Assembly: GCA_964187785.1 (NCBI GenBank)
Contig: OZ076409.1
Location: forward strand, 70,806,001-70,870,000
Direction: 5' to 3'
DNA length: 64,000 nt
DNA from: Amphiscolops sp. MND2022
Taxonomy: Eukaryota
Part shown: positions 11,406-25,634 of the stretch, piece after piece
How positions within the stretch are numbered: position 1 is the stretch's first letter
Layout of the letters: each line of letters begins with the position of its first letter
Notes under the pieces: model-generated
Told to the model about the DNA's origin: nothing
Database searches by the model: none
What the model saw: the letters and a program-made list of their open reading frames with translations, nothing else
Made by a program: the position numbers and the translations under genes

Positions 11406-13377
11406 GTGCGGGGGGGAAACCCCAACAAAATTTTTGGAGGATTCGGGTAGGGTCCTGAATCCGAGTTCAGTGCTGCCAGCTTTCGTTAAGAAAATTTGGA
11501 TAGGATTCGGGATCTCGTGATCTAACCATAGGATTTTAAAGTTGGAGCGGCCCCCACCAGATTTTCCGAAAATTAGCGCCCCCCACCGGGTTCCATACCC
11601 CGGAAAATTTTTTTCTGGCCACACGGGCGACCGTTAGGGGGTCATTTTAGGGGTAAAATTCATATTGGGCCACATAACTTTTTTTCTGTTGATTTAAAAC
11701 TTTGGGACCCTGCTAAAAGTTTCTTGACCGTGTTGCAGGGGCCCCGGAGGTCCAAACCAAATTTTTCTAGCTTGAAGCTATCTCCAAGTACCCCCCCGCC
11801 CAAAACGTTATTTTTCCGGAAACGCAGGTTTTTGACCCGGAAGGAGTCGTCTGAGCGCGGGGTCGTTAGTTGATGTATTGGGGACGGCCTTGAGACGAAG
11901 TGGGGGACATGCAGTTTGCCAACCCCAGTTTACCCCCCGGACGGGAAATGACCGTTATATGAGCGGGAAAATTGCCCCCCTCCACGTTTTACCGCTATTT
12001 CCGGTGTGAAGGAGTGGGAGTAGCGCGTCGGGTGTTAAATAAAAAAAGTAGGTTTAGACAAGGACCTATCGGAAACATGTAGTTTGGGACCCCCTGGTCC
12101 AACCCGTTAGCGGGAAATGGGACTTCCGCCTCCTTTTTTTACTGCTAAAACCGTAAAATGGGCATTGAGGGGTAAATATCTCGTGAACGCGTGGAGCAAT
12201 CGTGTCCATCACTACTACAAGGTTTCATACCCATGATATGGTGCCTTCAGGGGGGCAAACAGATTTCCGCTATCTATCACCGTTACCGACTTGGCCCCCC
12301 AGCCTAACCGCTATGTGACCGGAAATGTCCATTTTTGAGCCCAAAGGGTCGGTCCCAGCCGGGGAACGTTAGGTAACTTATTGTAGTACTCAATGAGACG
12401 AGTTTGGGGATATAGTTTCAGTCACCCCCCGTTACCCCTTGGGACCGGAAATGACCGTTATGTGGGTAAAATTGCAATTTTTATACTTTTTCAAGTGTAT
12501 TTAGGTGCGGAAGGAGTGGTAATAGGTGCTTGGACACTATATGAGGTAAGGGAGGACGTGAGGCGAGCATTCGGAAATAACCGTTATGTTGACCCTAAAG
12601 TCCCCCTGGTACCGTAAACGACCGGAAATGGTCAAATTTTGTGTCTATTGGTTACAAATGTTTAGTATTTTGTAGATAAAAGTATCTATTAGGTGTTTCG
12701 ACGGTCTGCAATAGTGAACATAGTCATGAAACCTTGTGGGGGGTAACGGTATATAGCACCGGAAGTCCAAACCGTTGGAGACAGGATGAGTTTTTTGGTT
12801 TTAAAATGTCTTTCGGTGTTCCTTTGTCGACTATTAAGGACTATTTTTAAAAATTAAAGTTTTTCCATATAGTTTCAGAGACTCCGAAATCTCAACCAAC
12901 ATAACCGTTACATTTTGATAGCCTTTCAAGTTGGCCTGGTGTCAACTTGGAAGCGCTATCCTTCTGAAATCGTTAATCAAGAGTGTTTTTGGGTAGGTAT
13001 ATATTGCATTAGTACCAATTAGAGCTTCATCAACAGTGTATCAACGACAAAAACTATGCCGTCATGATTCCGTTATTAGAATCATAGTGAGCAAATTGTT
13101 GAAAAAAATGGTTTTTTCCATACAAAATGTGTCCTAAATGCCAGGAAACCTATTTACCTAACAAATGGTATTAATTGGAATGTATGTAACAGATTTATAA
13201 AAGTTCAAATTGAATATTACATTTCATTATGGAAGCTGAAACGTCATATTTTAGTTTAATTAACGTCAACGCCACACACTTTACATCAACGCACACCGTC
13301 TGTGGGCATGCCGAGGCATGCCCTTCGACGACGTATGACAAATCCATATCAAACGACGCCCGTACATCCCGGGCTAG
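11406..13377 (+). mobile_element. Family A unit (1972 bp)
   Basis: Junction-bounded, homologous to 905-2878. Confidence 0.6.
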
Positions 13378-14645
13378 GTGGCCGTGTCTTTTCGACGTGC
13401 TTTTGCATCGAGGAGTGGGTAGGGCCCCGCGACGACCTAGAAGAATTGGATGCTCACCGAAACGTGCAGAATTCTACGAGATCTCATAGTTTGAGCCATA
13501 CGATTTTGCTGAAATTTGGCATGTGGCCTGGAATTGGTGAGTAGGTAAAACGTGTAGGAGGTGATTTTTCCCAAATTCCACTGTGAGACGAGATATGGGC
13601 AAATAACGGTCCCAAAAATGGCAAAAATGCACTTTTTTCAAGTTTGTCAGCCCATATCTCGTTCCCAGGTGCCCGGAGCGGGACGCGTTAAGCTGATTAT
13701 AAACTCTAGGGTGTTGAGGCTGTACGGGGAAGTCAGGCCCGTTCCGATCGGACTTGTAGTCTTGGAGAAATAACGGTATTTTTGGGGAACCTTTTCTAAC
13801 GGTCCAGCTTATCTTTGCCATTTTTTCGAAAATGTACTCGCCTAAAGGCCTTCCCCTGGCCAAATTTACTCCCAGCAAAACCATTTGGCCCTAAATACGG
13901 AGTTTCAGCGTTCCAGCATTCCCGGGCGAAAAGTTGTGGGACTTGGAAAATTTTCAAAAATTTTCAAAAATTTTTTTTTTCGTTTTCCGGGCCCCCAATG
14001 AAGGGGAAACGACCCCCAACCAGTATTTTGAGTGAATTCATGTGGAAAGCCCTTGTTTTGACGAGAAAAATACCGTTTAGAACATCTTTTTATCTTGACT
14101 CAACGTTGACTTATGACGTTTTGAATGTGATGTAAGGATGTAGGAGGCATGTGATAAGTTGATGTTTTGAGTCTTTATCACATATGAAAGCGGTTGAGAT
14201 GCAAGCTGTCCTGCTCAAAACGTCTTTCGTTGTAATTTTCCAGTGCACCAATACCCTTTGGTGTCATATAAACATACTTTTCGTCGATATATTAACAATT
14301 TTAATGTATTTATTCCCATTTTTATTATCTTATAACTCAAAACAGTTGAGTACATTTCATCTCCCTTTCGGGGGAGATGAGAATGTACTCGCTAAAGACC
14401 TAGCGCCATGACCAAAAGTTTGAAACCCACGTTTTTTATCTTCTTACAGACTTGTTTTTGTATTTTTTCGGAATTTTTTAAAAATTAATATACTTGAAAT
14501 ACATTACTTGACTTTACTACTACAATCCACCTCCAACGTCAACGCCCCCCTGCTTGCATCAACGCCCACCGTCCGTGGGCATGCCGAGGCATGCCCTTCG
14601 ACGACGTATGCCAAATGCCCAGTGCCACGCAGTCATTATCGCTAG
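13378..14645 (+). mobile_element. 1.3-kb-class unit, D type (1268 bp)
   Basis: Near-identical to 23081-24348. Confidence 0.6.
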
Positions 14646-16641
14646 GTGCGGGGGGGAAACCCCAACAAAATTTTTGGAGGATTCGGGTAGGGTCCTGAAT
14701 CCGAGTTCAGTGCTGCCAGCTTTCGTTAAGAAAATTTGGATAGGATTCGGGATCTCGTGATCTAACCATAGGATTTTAAAGTTGGAGCGGCCCCCACCAG
14801 ATTTTCCGAAAATTAGCGCCCCCCACCGGGTTCCATACCCCGGAAAATTTTTTTCTGGCCACACGGGCGACCGTTAGGGGGTCATTTTAGGGGTAAAATT
14901 CATATTGGGCCACATAACTTTTTTTCTGTTGATTTAAAACTTTGGGACCCTGCTAAAAGTTTCTTGACCGTGTTGCAAGGGCTCCGGAGGTCCAAACCAA
15001 ATTTTTCTATCTTGAAGCTATCTCCAAGTACCCCCCCGCCCAAAACGTTATTTTTCCGGAAACGCAGGTTTTAGACCCGGAAGGAGTCGTCTGAGCGCGG
15101 GGTCGTTAGGTGATGTTTTGGGGACGGCCTTGAGACGAAGTGGGGGACATGCAGTTTGCCAACCCCAGTTTTCCCCCCGGACGGGAAATGACCGTTATAT
15201 GAGCGGCAAAAATGTCCCCCTCCACGTTTTACCGCTATTTCCGGTGTGAAGGAATGGGAGTAGCGCGTCGGGTGCCATATATCAAAAGTAGGTTTAGACA
15301 AGGATCTATCGGAAACATGTGGTTTGGGACCCCCTAGACCAACCCGTTAGCAGGAAATGGGGCTTCCGGCCCGTTTTTTTACGGTTAAAAACGGAAAATG
15401 GGCATTGAGGGGTAAATATCTCGTGAACGCGTGGAGCAATCGTGTCCATCACTACTACAAGGTTTCATACCCATGATATGGTGCCTTCAGGGGGGCAAAC
15501 AGATTTCCGCTATCTATCACCGTTACCGACTTGGCCCCCCAGCCTAACCGCTATGTGACCGGAAATGTCACTTTTTGAGCCCAAAGGGTCGGTCCCAGCC
15601 GGGGAACGTTAGGTAACTTATTGTAGTACTCAATGAGACGAGTTGGGGGATATAGTTTCAGTCACCCCCCGTTACCCCTTGGGACCGGAAATGACCGTTA
15701 TGTGGGTAAAATTGCAATTTTTGTGCTTTTTCGAGGGCATTTAGGTGCGGAAGGAGTGGTAATAGGTGCTTGGACACTATATGATGATAGGGAGGACGTG
15801 AGGCGAGCATTCGGAAATAACCGTTATGTTGACCCTAAAGTCCCCCTGGTACCGTAAACGACCGGAAATGGTCAAATGTTGTGTTTTTAGGGTACAAATG
15901 ATTAGAATTTTATGGAAAAAAGTACCTGGTCGGTGTTTCAACGGCTTGCAGTAGTGAACATAGTCATGAAACCTTGTGGGGGGTAACGGTATATAGCACC
16001 GGAAGTCCAAACCGTTGGAGAAAGGATAGGTATTTTGATTTTAAAATGCCTATAAGCGTACTTTTGTGGGTTGAATCGTTTCAATATCGACTAATTTGGA
16101 GATTTTTTTGACATTGAAGGTTTTTTCAATAGTTTCAGGGACCTCCAATGCTTCAATCAATATAACCGTTACCTTATGATAGCCTTTCAAGTTGGCCTGG
16201 TGTCAACTTGGAAGGGCTATCCTTCGAAAATCGTAATTCAAGTGTGTTTTTGAGTACGTTTTTATTACTTTAATATCAATTAGAGCCTAATCATTAGTTT
16301 GCCAACGACAAAAACTATGACGTGATGATACCGTTAGTAGAAGAATAGTTAACAATTTGTTGACAAAATTGATTTTTTTTGCATTTTAAATGTTTCCTAA
16401 ATGCCAGGAAAACAATTTATCTAATGAATGGTACTGATTGAACCCAAGTATCATTTGAAAAAAAGTTAAACATTGTTTTTTCGTTTCATTATGGAAGCTG
16501 AAACCTCACGTTTTAGGTCACTTAACGTCAACGCCACATACTTTACATCAACGCCCACCGTCTGTGGGCATGCCGAGGCATGCCCTTCGACGACGTATAC
16601 CAATTACATATATATCTACACCCACCCGCGGTAGCAGCTAG
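14646..16641 (+). mobile_element. Family A unit (1996 bp)
   Basis: Junction-bounded, homologous to 905-2878. Confidence 0.6.
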
Positions 16642-17931
16642 GTGCCGGTGTCTTTTTACACAATGGGGGAAGTTGCGCGGTTGGGGAGGGTCCCTGACGC
16701 GCTTCCGTGAGATCAGGTTTTTCAACTAGTGAAATCGACAAAGAAAATTGAGATCTCGTAAACTAGCCATACGATTTGGCTGAAATTTGGCACACGTACC
16801 CCCCTCGGCACGGTGAAGATGATTTCCTTCTGACGTTTTTCCCGCTAAACATTTTTTGTTGACCAAAATAACGGTTTTTGGGGTAAAATTTTCAACTTTT
16901 TTTAAATTTCATCTTATATCTCGCCACGGGTGCACGCTAGCGCTTCCGAACCTTGCTGACGAAAGTTTGCAAACTGTCTCAGGAATGCTGTGTGAAAATT
17001 TCAGCTCAATCGGACTTAAACTCGAGGAGATATAGCGTTTTTCCGGAGCGGGGGGGTTTCATTTTTCTAACGGTCCAGCTTATCTTTGCCATTTTTTAGG
17101 AAATGCACTCGCCTAAAGGCCTCCCCTGGCCGGTTTTATTCCCAGCAAAACCATTTGGCCCTAAATACGGAGTTTCAGCGTTCCAGCATTCTCGGGCGAA
17201 AAGTTGTGGGACTTAGAAAATTTCAAAAATTTTCAAAAAAATTTTTTTCGTTATTTGGGCCCCCAAAGTGGGGGAAAAGACCCCCCAACCAGTAAAGCAA
17301 GTGAATGCATGTGGAAAGGCCATGTTTAGAGGAGAAAAATGCCGTTTAGAACGTCTTTTTATCTTGGCTCAACGTTGACTTATGACGTTTTGAAGGTGAT
17401 GTTTGGAGGTGTAAAGCAAGTGAATAGTAAACGTTGTGAGTATTTATCTGATCTTAAAGCCATTGAGATGCAATATGATTGCTCAAAACGTAATTCATTG
17501 CAGTTTGGCAATCAATCAACACCCTTTGTTGTCGTTTGACATACTTTTTTGTTGTTAAAATAAAAAATTTTGTGTATTTATTCATTTTTTTCTCATCAAA
17601 TAACTTGGAACAGTTGAGTACATTCCATCCCCCCCTTCCGGGGGAGATGAGAATGTACTCGCAAAAAGCACCGAACTACGGCCCTTACCTTCCCGAGCTA
17701 CGCAGTATAAGGATTACATATTGGTTCCGACATTTTCATAGAGTTATATCTTGGTAATCTGTCTGGATATGCCGAAAAATCAGCACGTGCCTTTTAATAC
17801 CAAGTTGCTCACAACGACAATTATTTTATATCAACGCCCCCATATTTATCAACGCCCCCCGTCCGTGGGCATGCCGAGGCATGCCCTTCGACGACCCGCA
17901 CCAAAATATGCGTTAGCGCGGTAGCCGCTAG
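16642..17931 (+). mobile_element. 1.3-kb-class unit, C head (1290 bp)
   Basis: Near-identical to 8110-9411. Confidence 0.6.
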
Positions 17932-19205
17932 GTGCCGGTGTTTTTTTACACAATGGGGGAAGTTGCGCGGTTGGGGAGGGTCCCTGACGCGCTTCCGTGG
18001 TATCGGGTCTTTCAACCGATGAAAACGACATAAAAAATTGGGATCTCGTAAACTAGCCATACGATTTGGCTGAAATTTGGCACACGTACCCCCCTCGGCA
18101 CGGTGAAGATGATTCCCTACTGACGTTTTGCCCGCTAAACATTTTTTGTTGACCAAAATAACGGTTTTTGGGGTAAAATTTTGAACTTTTTTTAAATTTC
18201 ATCTTATATCTCGCCACGGGTACACGCTAGCGCTTCCAAACCTTGCTGACGAACGTTTGCAAACTGTTTCAGGAATGCTGTGTGAAATTTTCAGCTCAAT
18301 CGGACTTAAACTCGAGGAGATATAGCGTTTTTCCGGAGCGGGGGGGTTTCATTTTTCTAACGGTCCAGCTTATCTTTGCCATTTTTTCAAAAATGCACTC
18401 GCCTAAAGGCCTCCCCTGGCCGGTTTTATTCCCAGCAAAACCATTTGGCCCTAAATACGGAGTTTCAGCGTTCCAGCATTCCCGGGCGAAAAGTTGTGGG
18501 ACTTAGAATTTTTCAAAAATTTTCAAAATTTTTTTTTCCGTTATTTGGGCCCCCAAAGTGGGGGAAAGCACCCCCCAACCAGTAAAGCAAGTGAATGCAT
18601 GTGGAAAGCCCTTGTTTAGACAAGAAAAATGGCGTTTAGAATGTCTTTTTATCTTAATTTGACATTGACTTTTGTCGTTTTGAAGGTGACCGTTAGATAC
18701 AGAAAATTGATATTTTGAGTATTTATCCCATCTGAAAGCCATTGAGATACAACATGTTTTGCTCAAAACGTGTTTCATTGCAGTTCCGCTGTCCATTGAC
18801 ACCCTTTGATGTCTTTTGACGTAATTTTCTTTTCTATAATAACACTTTTTTTGTGTATTTATTCATTTTTTTCTCATCAAATAACTTGAAACAGTTGAGT
18901 ACATTCCATCTCCCTTCCCGGGGGAGATGAGAATGTACTCGCTAAAGGTCAGGAACTACGGTCTATATCTTCCACAACACAAAAGCAATTGAAAATTGTT
19001 TCAGTTTGTCGCAGAAAACTTTTCTTTTTGCACTCAGTGACTCGGCAAAGTGAACGATTTTGACCCATATTGAATCTTACTTTACCACAACTCATCTCTA
19101 ACGTCAACGCCCCCCACACACATCAACGCCCCCCGTCCGTGGGCATGCCGAGGCATGCCCTTCGACGACGTATAGCAAAATATATTCGAACGCGGTAGCC
19201 GCTAG
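17932..19205 (+). mobile_element. 1.3-kb-class unit, C-like head with alternative 3' module (1274 bp)
   Basis: 3' module shared with 25635-26904. Confidence 0.6.
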
Positions 19206-20519
19206 GTGCCCGGATTTCTATTCATTAAAGTATGTTGCGCGTGTGGGTAGGGCCCCGTGGCGCGCTCTTGTGTCCCTGTTCTCATAACTGCAATTTCCGG
19301 CAGCATTCTGAGCGATTTTCTAAACTATCCATACGATTCGGCTGAAATTTGGCATGTGAGTTCCTATGACAGTTCTAAGAAACATTTCCTACTGGCGTTT
19401 TGCCCGGAAAATTTTTTTTGTTGACTTATAACGGTTTTTTTGGCCAAAAAATGCAATTTTTTCAAAAAATTTTTTTTTCGGAGCCCATATCTTTTTTCAG
19501 GGTGCCCGGAGCGGGACGCGTTAAACTGATTATAAACTCTACGGTTCATGGGCTTTACGGAGAACCTAGGCTCGTTTCGATCGGACAAATAGTCTTGGAG
19601 ATATAACGGCATTTTTTGGGAATTTTTTGGAAATTTTTCTAACGGTCCAGCTTATCTTTGCCATTTTTTCGAAAATGTACTCGCCTAAAGGCCTCCCCTG
19701 GCCGTTTTTAATCCCAGCAAAACCATTTGGCCCTAAATACGGAGTTTCAGCGTTCCAGCATTCCCGGGCGAAAAGTTGTGGGACTTAGAAAAATTTCAAA
19801 ATTTTTCAAATTTTTTTTTCCGTTTTCCGCCCTCCCCCCCGAGGGGAAAAGACCCCCCAACCAGTAATTTGAGTGAATTCATGTGGAAAGGCCATGTTTA
19901 GAGGAGAAAAATGCCGTTTAGATCGTCTTTTTATTTTAACCTGTCGTTGACTTATGTTGTTTTGAAGGTGATGTTTGGATGTGTGAAGCATGTGAAAAGG
20001 TAATTTATTATGTCTTTAGCTCTTCTAAAAGCCATTGAGATACACGGTGTGCGACTCAGAACGTGTTTAATTCTAATTTAGCAATGCATCAACACATTTT
20101 TGTGTCTTTTGACTCGATTAAAAAATGTTTTCTTCCCAAAACTTTAAAAAAAATCAACAATTTTTCATCTTTTTTTCTGATCTCATGACTCGAAACAGTT
20201 GAGTACATTCCATCTCCCTTCCCGGGGGAGATGAGAATGTACTCTTTAGAGACCAGGTACCACAGTACTTACCTTCTCCGAGCAACGTCCATAAAAGTTC
20301 CGCTTTGATCCAGATATTTTGATATAATTTCATCTTTGTAATTTGACTGAAAATGAAGAAAATTCCGCACGTGCTCTTTTACATCAAGTATCTTAACAAC
20401 GCCATCTCTTTTACGTCAACGCCCCAAATTTTACATCAACGCCCACCGTCCGTGGGCATGCCGAGGCATGCCCTTCGACGACGTATACCAAGATATACAT
20501 CGAGCGCGGTAGCCGCTAG
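19206..20519 (+). mobile_element. 1.3-kb-class unit, H type (1314 bp)
   Basis: Closely similar to 30770-32085. Confidence 0.6.
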
Positions 20520-21793
20520 GTGCCGGGATTTCTATTCGTTCGAGTATGTGGCGCGTGTGGGTAGGGCCCCTGGCGCGCTCTTTTATTTCGGGTACACCTA
20601 CTCCAAATTCACGATGTGATTTCGACGATCTCGTAAACTAGCCACACGATTTGGCTGAAAATTGGCACACGTACCCCCCTCGGCACGGTGAAGATGATTT
20701 CCTACTGACGTTTTTCCCGCTAAACATTTTTTGTTGACCAAAATAACGGTTTTTGGGGTAAAATTTTCAACTTTTTTTAAATTTCATCTTATATCTCGCC
20801 GCGGGTACACGCTAGCGCTTCCAAACCTTGCTGACGAAAGTTTGCAAACTGTCTCAGGAATGCTGTGTGAAATTTTCAGCTCAATCGGACTTAAACTCGA
20901 GGAGATATAGCGTTTTTCCGGAGCGGGGGGGTTTCATTTTTCTAACGGTCCAGCTTATCTTTGCCATTTTTTCGAAAATGCACTCGCCTAAAGGCCTCCC
21001 CTGGCCGGTTTTACTCCCAAAAAAACCATTTGGCCCTAAATACGGAGTTTCAGCGTTCTAGCATTCTCGGGCGAAAAGTTGTGGGACTTAGAAAATTTCA
21101 AAAATTTTCAAAAAAATTTTTTTTTGTTATTTGGGCCCCCAAAGTGGGGGAAAGGACCCCCCAACCATTAATTTGAGTGAATGCATGTGCAAAGCCCTTG
21201 TATAGAGGAGAAAAATGCCGTTTAGAACGTCTTTTTATCTTTACTCAACGTTGACTTATGACGTTTTGAAGGTGACCGTTAGATATGGAAAATTGATGTT
21301 TTGAGTATTTATCTCATCTGAAAGCCATTGAGATACAACATGTTTTGCTCAAAACGGGTTTCATTGCAGTTTCGCTGTCTATTAACACCCTTTGGTGACT
21401 TTTGACATATTTTTGCTTTTATATAAAACCAATTTTTTGTGCATTTTTTCTTTTTTTTTCATCTAATATCTTGAAACAGTTGAGTACATTCCATCTCCCT
21501 TCCCGGGGGAGATGAGAATGTACTCGCTAAAAGCCAAGAACTACGGCCAATACCTTCCCGAGCTATGCACTACAAATATTGCATATGCATGCAGACCTTT
21601 TGATACATTTTTATCTTTGTAGATTGACTGGAAAAACCGAAAACTCTGTCCTGATTATACAAAGTTTCCTCACAACGACACATGTTTACGTCAACGCCCC
21701 ATAGTTCTTATCAACGCCCCCCGTCCGTGGGCATGCCGAGGCATGCCCTTCGACGACGTGCACCAAAATATATTCGAGCGCGGTAGCCGCTAG
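20520..21793 (+). mobile_element. 1.3-kb-class unit, B type (1274 bp)
   Basis: Head shared with the unit at 25635. Confidence 0.6.
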
Positions 21794-23080
21794 GTGGCCG
21801 GAAATTTTTTTTTTCATCAAAATCTTTGCCATTGGGGGAGGGGCCCCGGATGGCCAGTAGTACGGGATAGCTTCCTACCAAATCCAGGCGGAAAAAACGT
21901 GATTTTGGAAACTAGCCGTCAGAATTTGCTCAAATTTTGCATACGGCTTCCTATGACAATCCTAAGAACTAATCCCTACTGGCATTTTGCCCAAAAAACG
22001 CAAAAAGTTGGTCAAAATCTTAGTTTTTTGGTCAAAAAATGGCGTTTTTTCGAAAAAAAAATTTTTCAGAGACAATTACTCGTAACTGGTTCACCCAGCG
22101 CAAAAACGCCTAGCTGATTTATTGTTGGGCACTTCATGAGGAGTGCGTATACAAATTTTCGTCCAGATCGAAAAAAAAATGACTAAGTATTAGCCGGAAT
22201 TCGGACGCATTTTTTCGCAAATTTTTGAAAACCTAGTCTATCTCTGCCGTTTTTTGCCCAGATTTTTTTCCAGGTCCTCTCCTAAAGGCCTCCCCTGGCC
22301 GGTTTACTTCCCAGAAAAACCAATTGGCCCTAAATACGGAGTTTCAGCGTTCTAGCATTCCCGGGCGAAAAGATGTGGGACTTAGAAAAAATTCAAAATT
22401 TTTCAAAAAATTTTTTTTCGTTTTCCGGCCCCCCAATGAAGGGGAACGACCCCCCAACGAGGATTTTTGGTGAATTCACGTGGAAAGGCCTTGTTTTGTG
22501 GAGCAAATTGCCGTTTAGAGCAACTTTTTATCTTAACTTGACGTTGACCTCTGTCGTTTTGAATTTGATATTAGTATGTGCTGAGCATGTGAAAAGTTGA
22601 TGATTTCAGTTGTTCTCTCGTGTTCAAGCCATTGAGATACAAGCGGTAGTGATCAAAATGTGATTTATCGCAATTTGATGGTGCTTTTGGTGTATTTTGA
22701 TTCTTTTAAATAAAAAGTTGTTCTTTATATATTTGGTGTATTGATTCAAATGAACAAGAAACAGTTGAGTACATTTCATCTCCCCCCTTGTGGGGGAGAT
22801 GAGGATGTACCCGCTAAATGACACGCACAATGGCCTAATTTTATTTTTATGCGACATTTTCTAGGCTTTTGCGCAAGCCCACTAAAATTTAGACTGGTTT
22901 CCTTTTCTTTTACTCCAAAATTTTCCGTACTAACCACCTTACGCACCACCAGCTCAACGTAACATCTGTAACGTCAACGCCACACACTCTCACTAACGCC
23001 CACCGTCCGTGGGCATGCCGAGGCATGCCCTTCGACGACGTATGCCAAATAGCGCCACAGGGCGCAAACATTCCCGCTAG
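21794..23080 (+). mobile_element. 1.3-kb-class unit, E type (1287 bp)
   Basis: Near-identical to 37310-38596. Confidence 0.6.
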
Positions 23081-24348
23081 GTGGCCGTGTCTTTTCGACG
23101 TGCTTTTGCATTGAGGAGTGGGTAGGGCCCCGCGACGACCTAGAAGAATTGGATGCTCACCGAAACGTGCAGAATTCTACGAGATCTCATAGTTTGAGCC
23201 ATACGATTTTTCTGAAATTTGGCATGTGGCCTGGAATTGGTGAGTAGGTAAAACGTGTAGGAGGTGATTTTTCCCAAATTCCACTGTGAGACGAGATATG
23301 GGCAAATAACGGTCCCAAAAATGGCAAAAATGCACTTTTTTCAACTTTGTCAGCCCATATCTCGTTCCCAGGTGCCCGGAGCGGGACGCGTTAAGCTGAT
23401 TATAAACTCTAGGGTGTTGAGGCTGTACGGGGAAGTCAGGCCCGTTCCGATCGGACTTGTAGTCTTGGAGAAATAACGGTATTTTTGGGGAACCTTTTCT
23501 AACGGTCCAGCTTATCTTTGCCATTTTTTCGAAAATGTACTCGCCTAAAGGCCTCCCCCTGGCCGAATTTACTCCCAGCAAAACCATTTGGCCCTAAATA
23601 CGGAGTTTCAGCGTTCCAGCATTCCCGGGCGAAAAGTTGTGGGACTTAGAAAAATTTCAAAAATTTTCAAAAAATTTTTTTCCGTTTTCCGCCCTCCCCC
23701 CCGAGGGGAAAAGACCCCCCAACCAGTAATTTGAGTGAATGCATGTCAAAAGCCCTTGTTTTGACGAGAAAAATACCGTTTAGAACATCTTTTTATCTTG
23801 ACTCAACGTTGACTTATGACGTTTTGAATGTGATGTAAGGATGTAGGAGGCATGTGATAAGTTGATGTTTTGAGACTTTATCTCATATGAAAGCGGTTGA
23901 GATGCAAGCTGTCCTGCTCAAAACGTCTTTCGTTATAATTTTCCAGTGCACCAATACCCTTTGGTGTCATATAAACATACTTTTTGTCGATATATTAACA
24001 ATTTTAATGTATTTATTCCAATTTTTATTATCTTATAACTCAAAACAGTTGAGTACATTTCATCTCCCTTTCGGGGGAGATGAGAATGTACTCGCTAAAG
24101 ACCTAGCGCCATGACCAAAAGTTTGAAACCCACGTTTTTTATCTTCTTACAGACTTGTTTTTGTATTTTTTCGGAATTTTTTAAAAATTAATATACTTGA
24201 AATACATTACTTGACTTTACTACTACAATCCACCTTCAACGTCAACGCCCCCCTGCTTGCATCAACGCCCACCGTCCGTGGGCATGCCGAGGCATGCCCT
24301 TCGACGACGTATGCCAAATGCCCAGTGCCACGCAGTCATTATCGCTAG
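23081..24348 (+). mobile_element. 1.3-kb-class unit, D type (1268 bp)
   Basis: Near-identical to 13378-14645. Confidence 0.6.
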
Positions 24349-25634
24349 GTGCCGGGATTTCTATTCGATAAAGTATGTGGCGCGTGTGGGTAGGGTCCCT
24401 GGCGCGCTCTTGGGTATGGTGTTCACCAGCTAGGAAACAGGGGTCGATTTTTCGGGATCTCCTAAACTAGCCACACGATTTGGCTGAAATTTGGCACACG
24501 TACTCCCCTCGGCACGGTGAAGATGATTTCCTACTGACGTTTTTCCCGCAAAATTTTTTTTGTTGTCCAAAATAACGGTTTTTGGGGTAAAATTTTGAAT
24601 TTTTTTTAAATTTTATCTTATATCTCGCCACCGGTTTACGCTAGCGCTTCAAAACCCTGCTAAAGAAAGCTTGCAAACTGTCTCAGGAATGCGGTGTGAA
24701 ATTTTCAGCTCAATCGGACTTAAACTCAGGGAGATATAGCGTTTTTCCGGAGCGGGGGGGTTTCATTTTTCTAACGGTCCAGCTTATCTTTGCCATTTTT
24801 TCGAAAATGCACTCGCCTAAAGGCCTCCCCTGGCCGGTTTTATTCCCAGCAAAACCATTTGGCCCTAAATACGGAGTTTCAGCGTTCCAGCATTCCCGGG
24901 CGAAAAGTTGTGGGACTTAGAAAAGTTCAAAAATTTTCAAAAATTTTTTTTCCGTTTTCCGCCCTCCCCCCCCTAGGGGAAAAGACCCCCCAACCAGTAA
25001 TTTGAGTGAATTCATGTGGAAAGGCCATGTTTAGAGGAGAAAAATGCCGTTTAGAACGTCTTTTTATCTTGGTTCAACGTTGACTTATGACGTTTTGAAG
25101 GTGATGTTTGGAGGTGTAAAGCACGTGAATAGTAAACGTTATGAGTATTTATCTGATCAGAAAGCCATTGACATGAATATGGTTTGCTCAAAACGTAATT
25201 CATGGCAGTTTGGCAATCAATCAACACCCTTTGTTGTCGTTTGACATACTTTTTTGTTGTTATGATAAAAAATTTTGTGTATTTATTCATTTTTTTCTCA
25301 TCAAATAACTTGAAACAGTTGAGTACATTCCATCCCCCCTTCCGGGGGAGATGAGAATGTACTCGCAAAAAGCACCGAACTACGGCCCTTACCTTCCCGA
25401 GCTACGCAGTATAAGGATTACATATTGGTTCCGACATTTTCATAGAGTTAAATCTTGGTAATCTGTCTGGATATGCAGAAAAACCAGCACGTGCTTTTTT
25501 ATACCAAGTTGCTTACAACGACAATTATTTTATATCAACGCCCCCATATTTATCAACGCCCACCGTCCGTGGGCATGCCGAGGCATGCCCTTCGACGACG
25601 TTTACCAAGATATACATCGAGCGCGTTAGCCTAG
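24349..25634 (+). mobile_element. 1.3-kb-class unit, B type (1286 bp)
   Basis: Junction-bounded, B body. Confidence 0.6.
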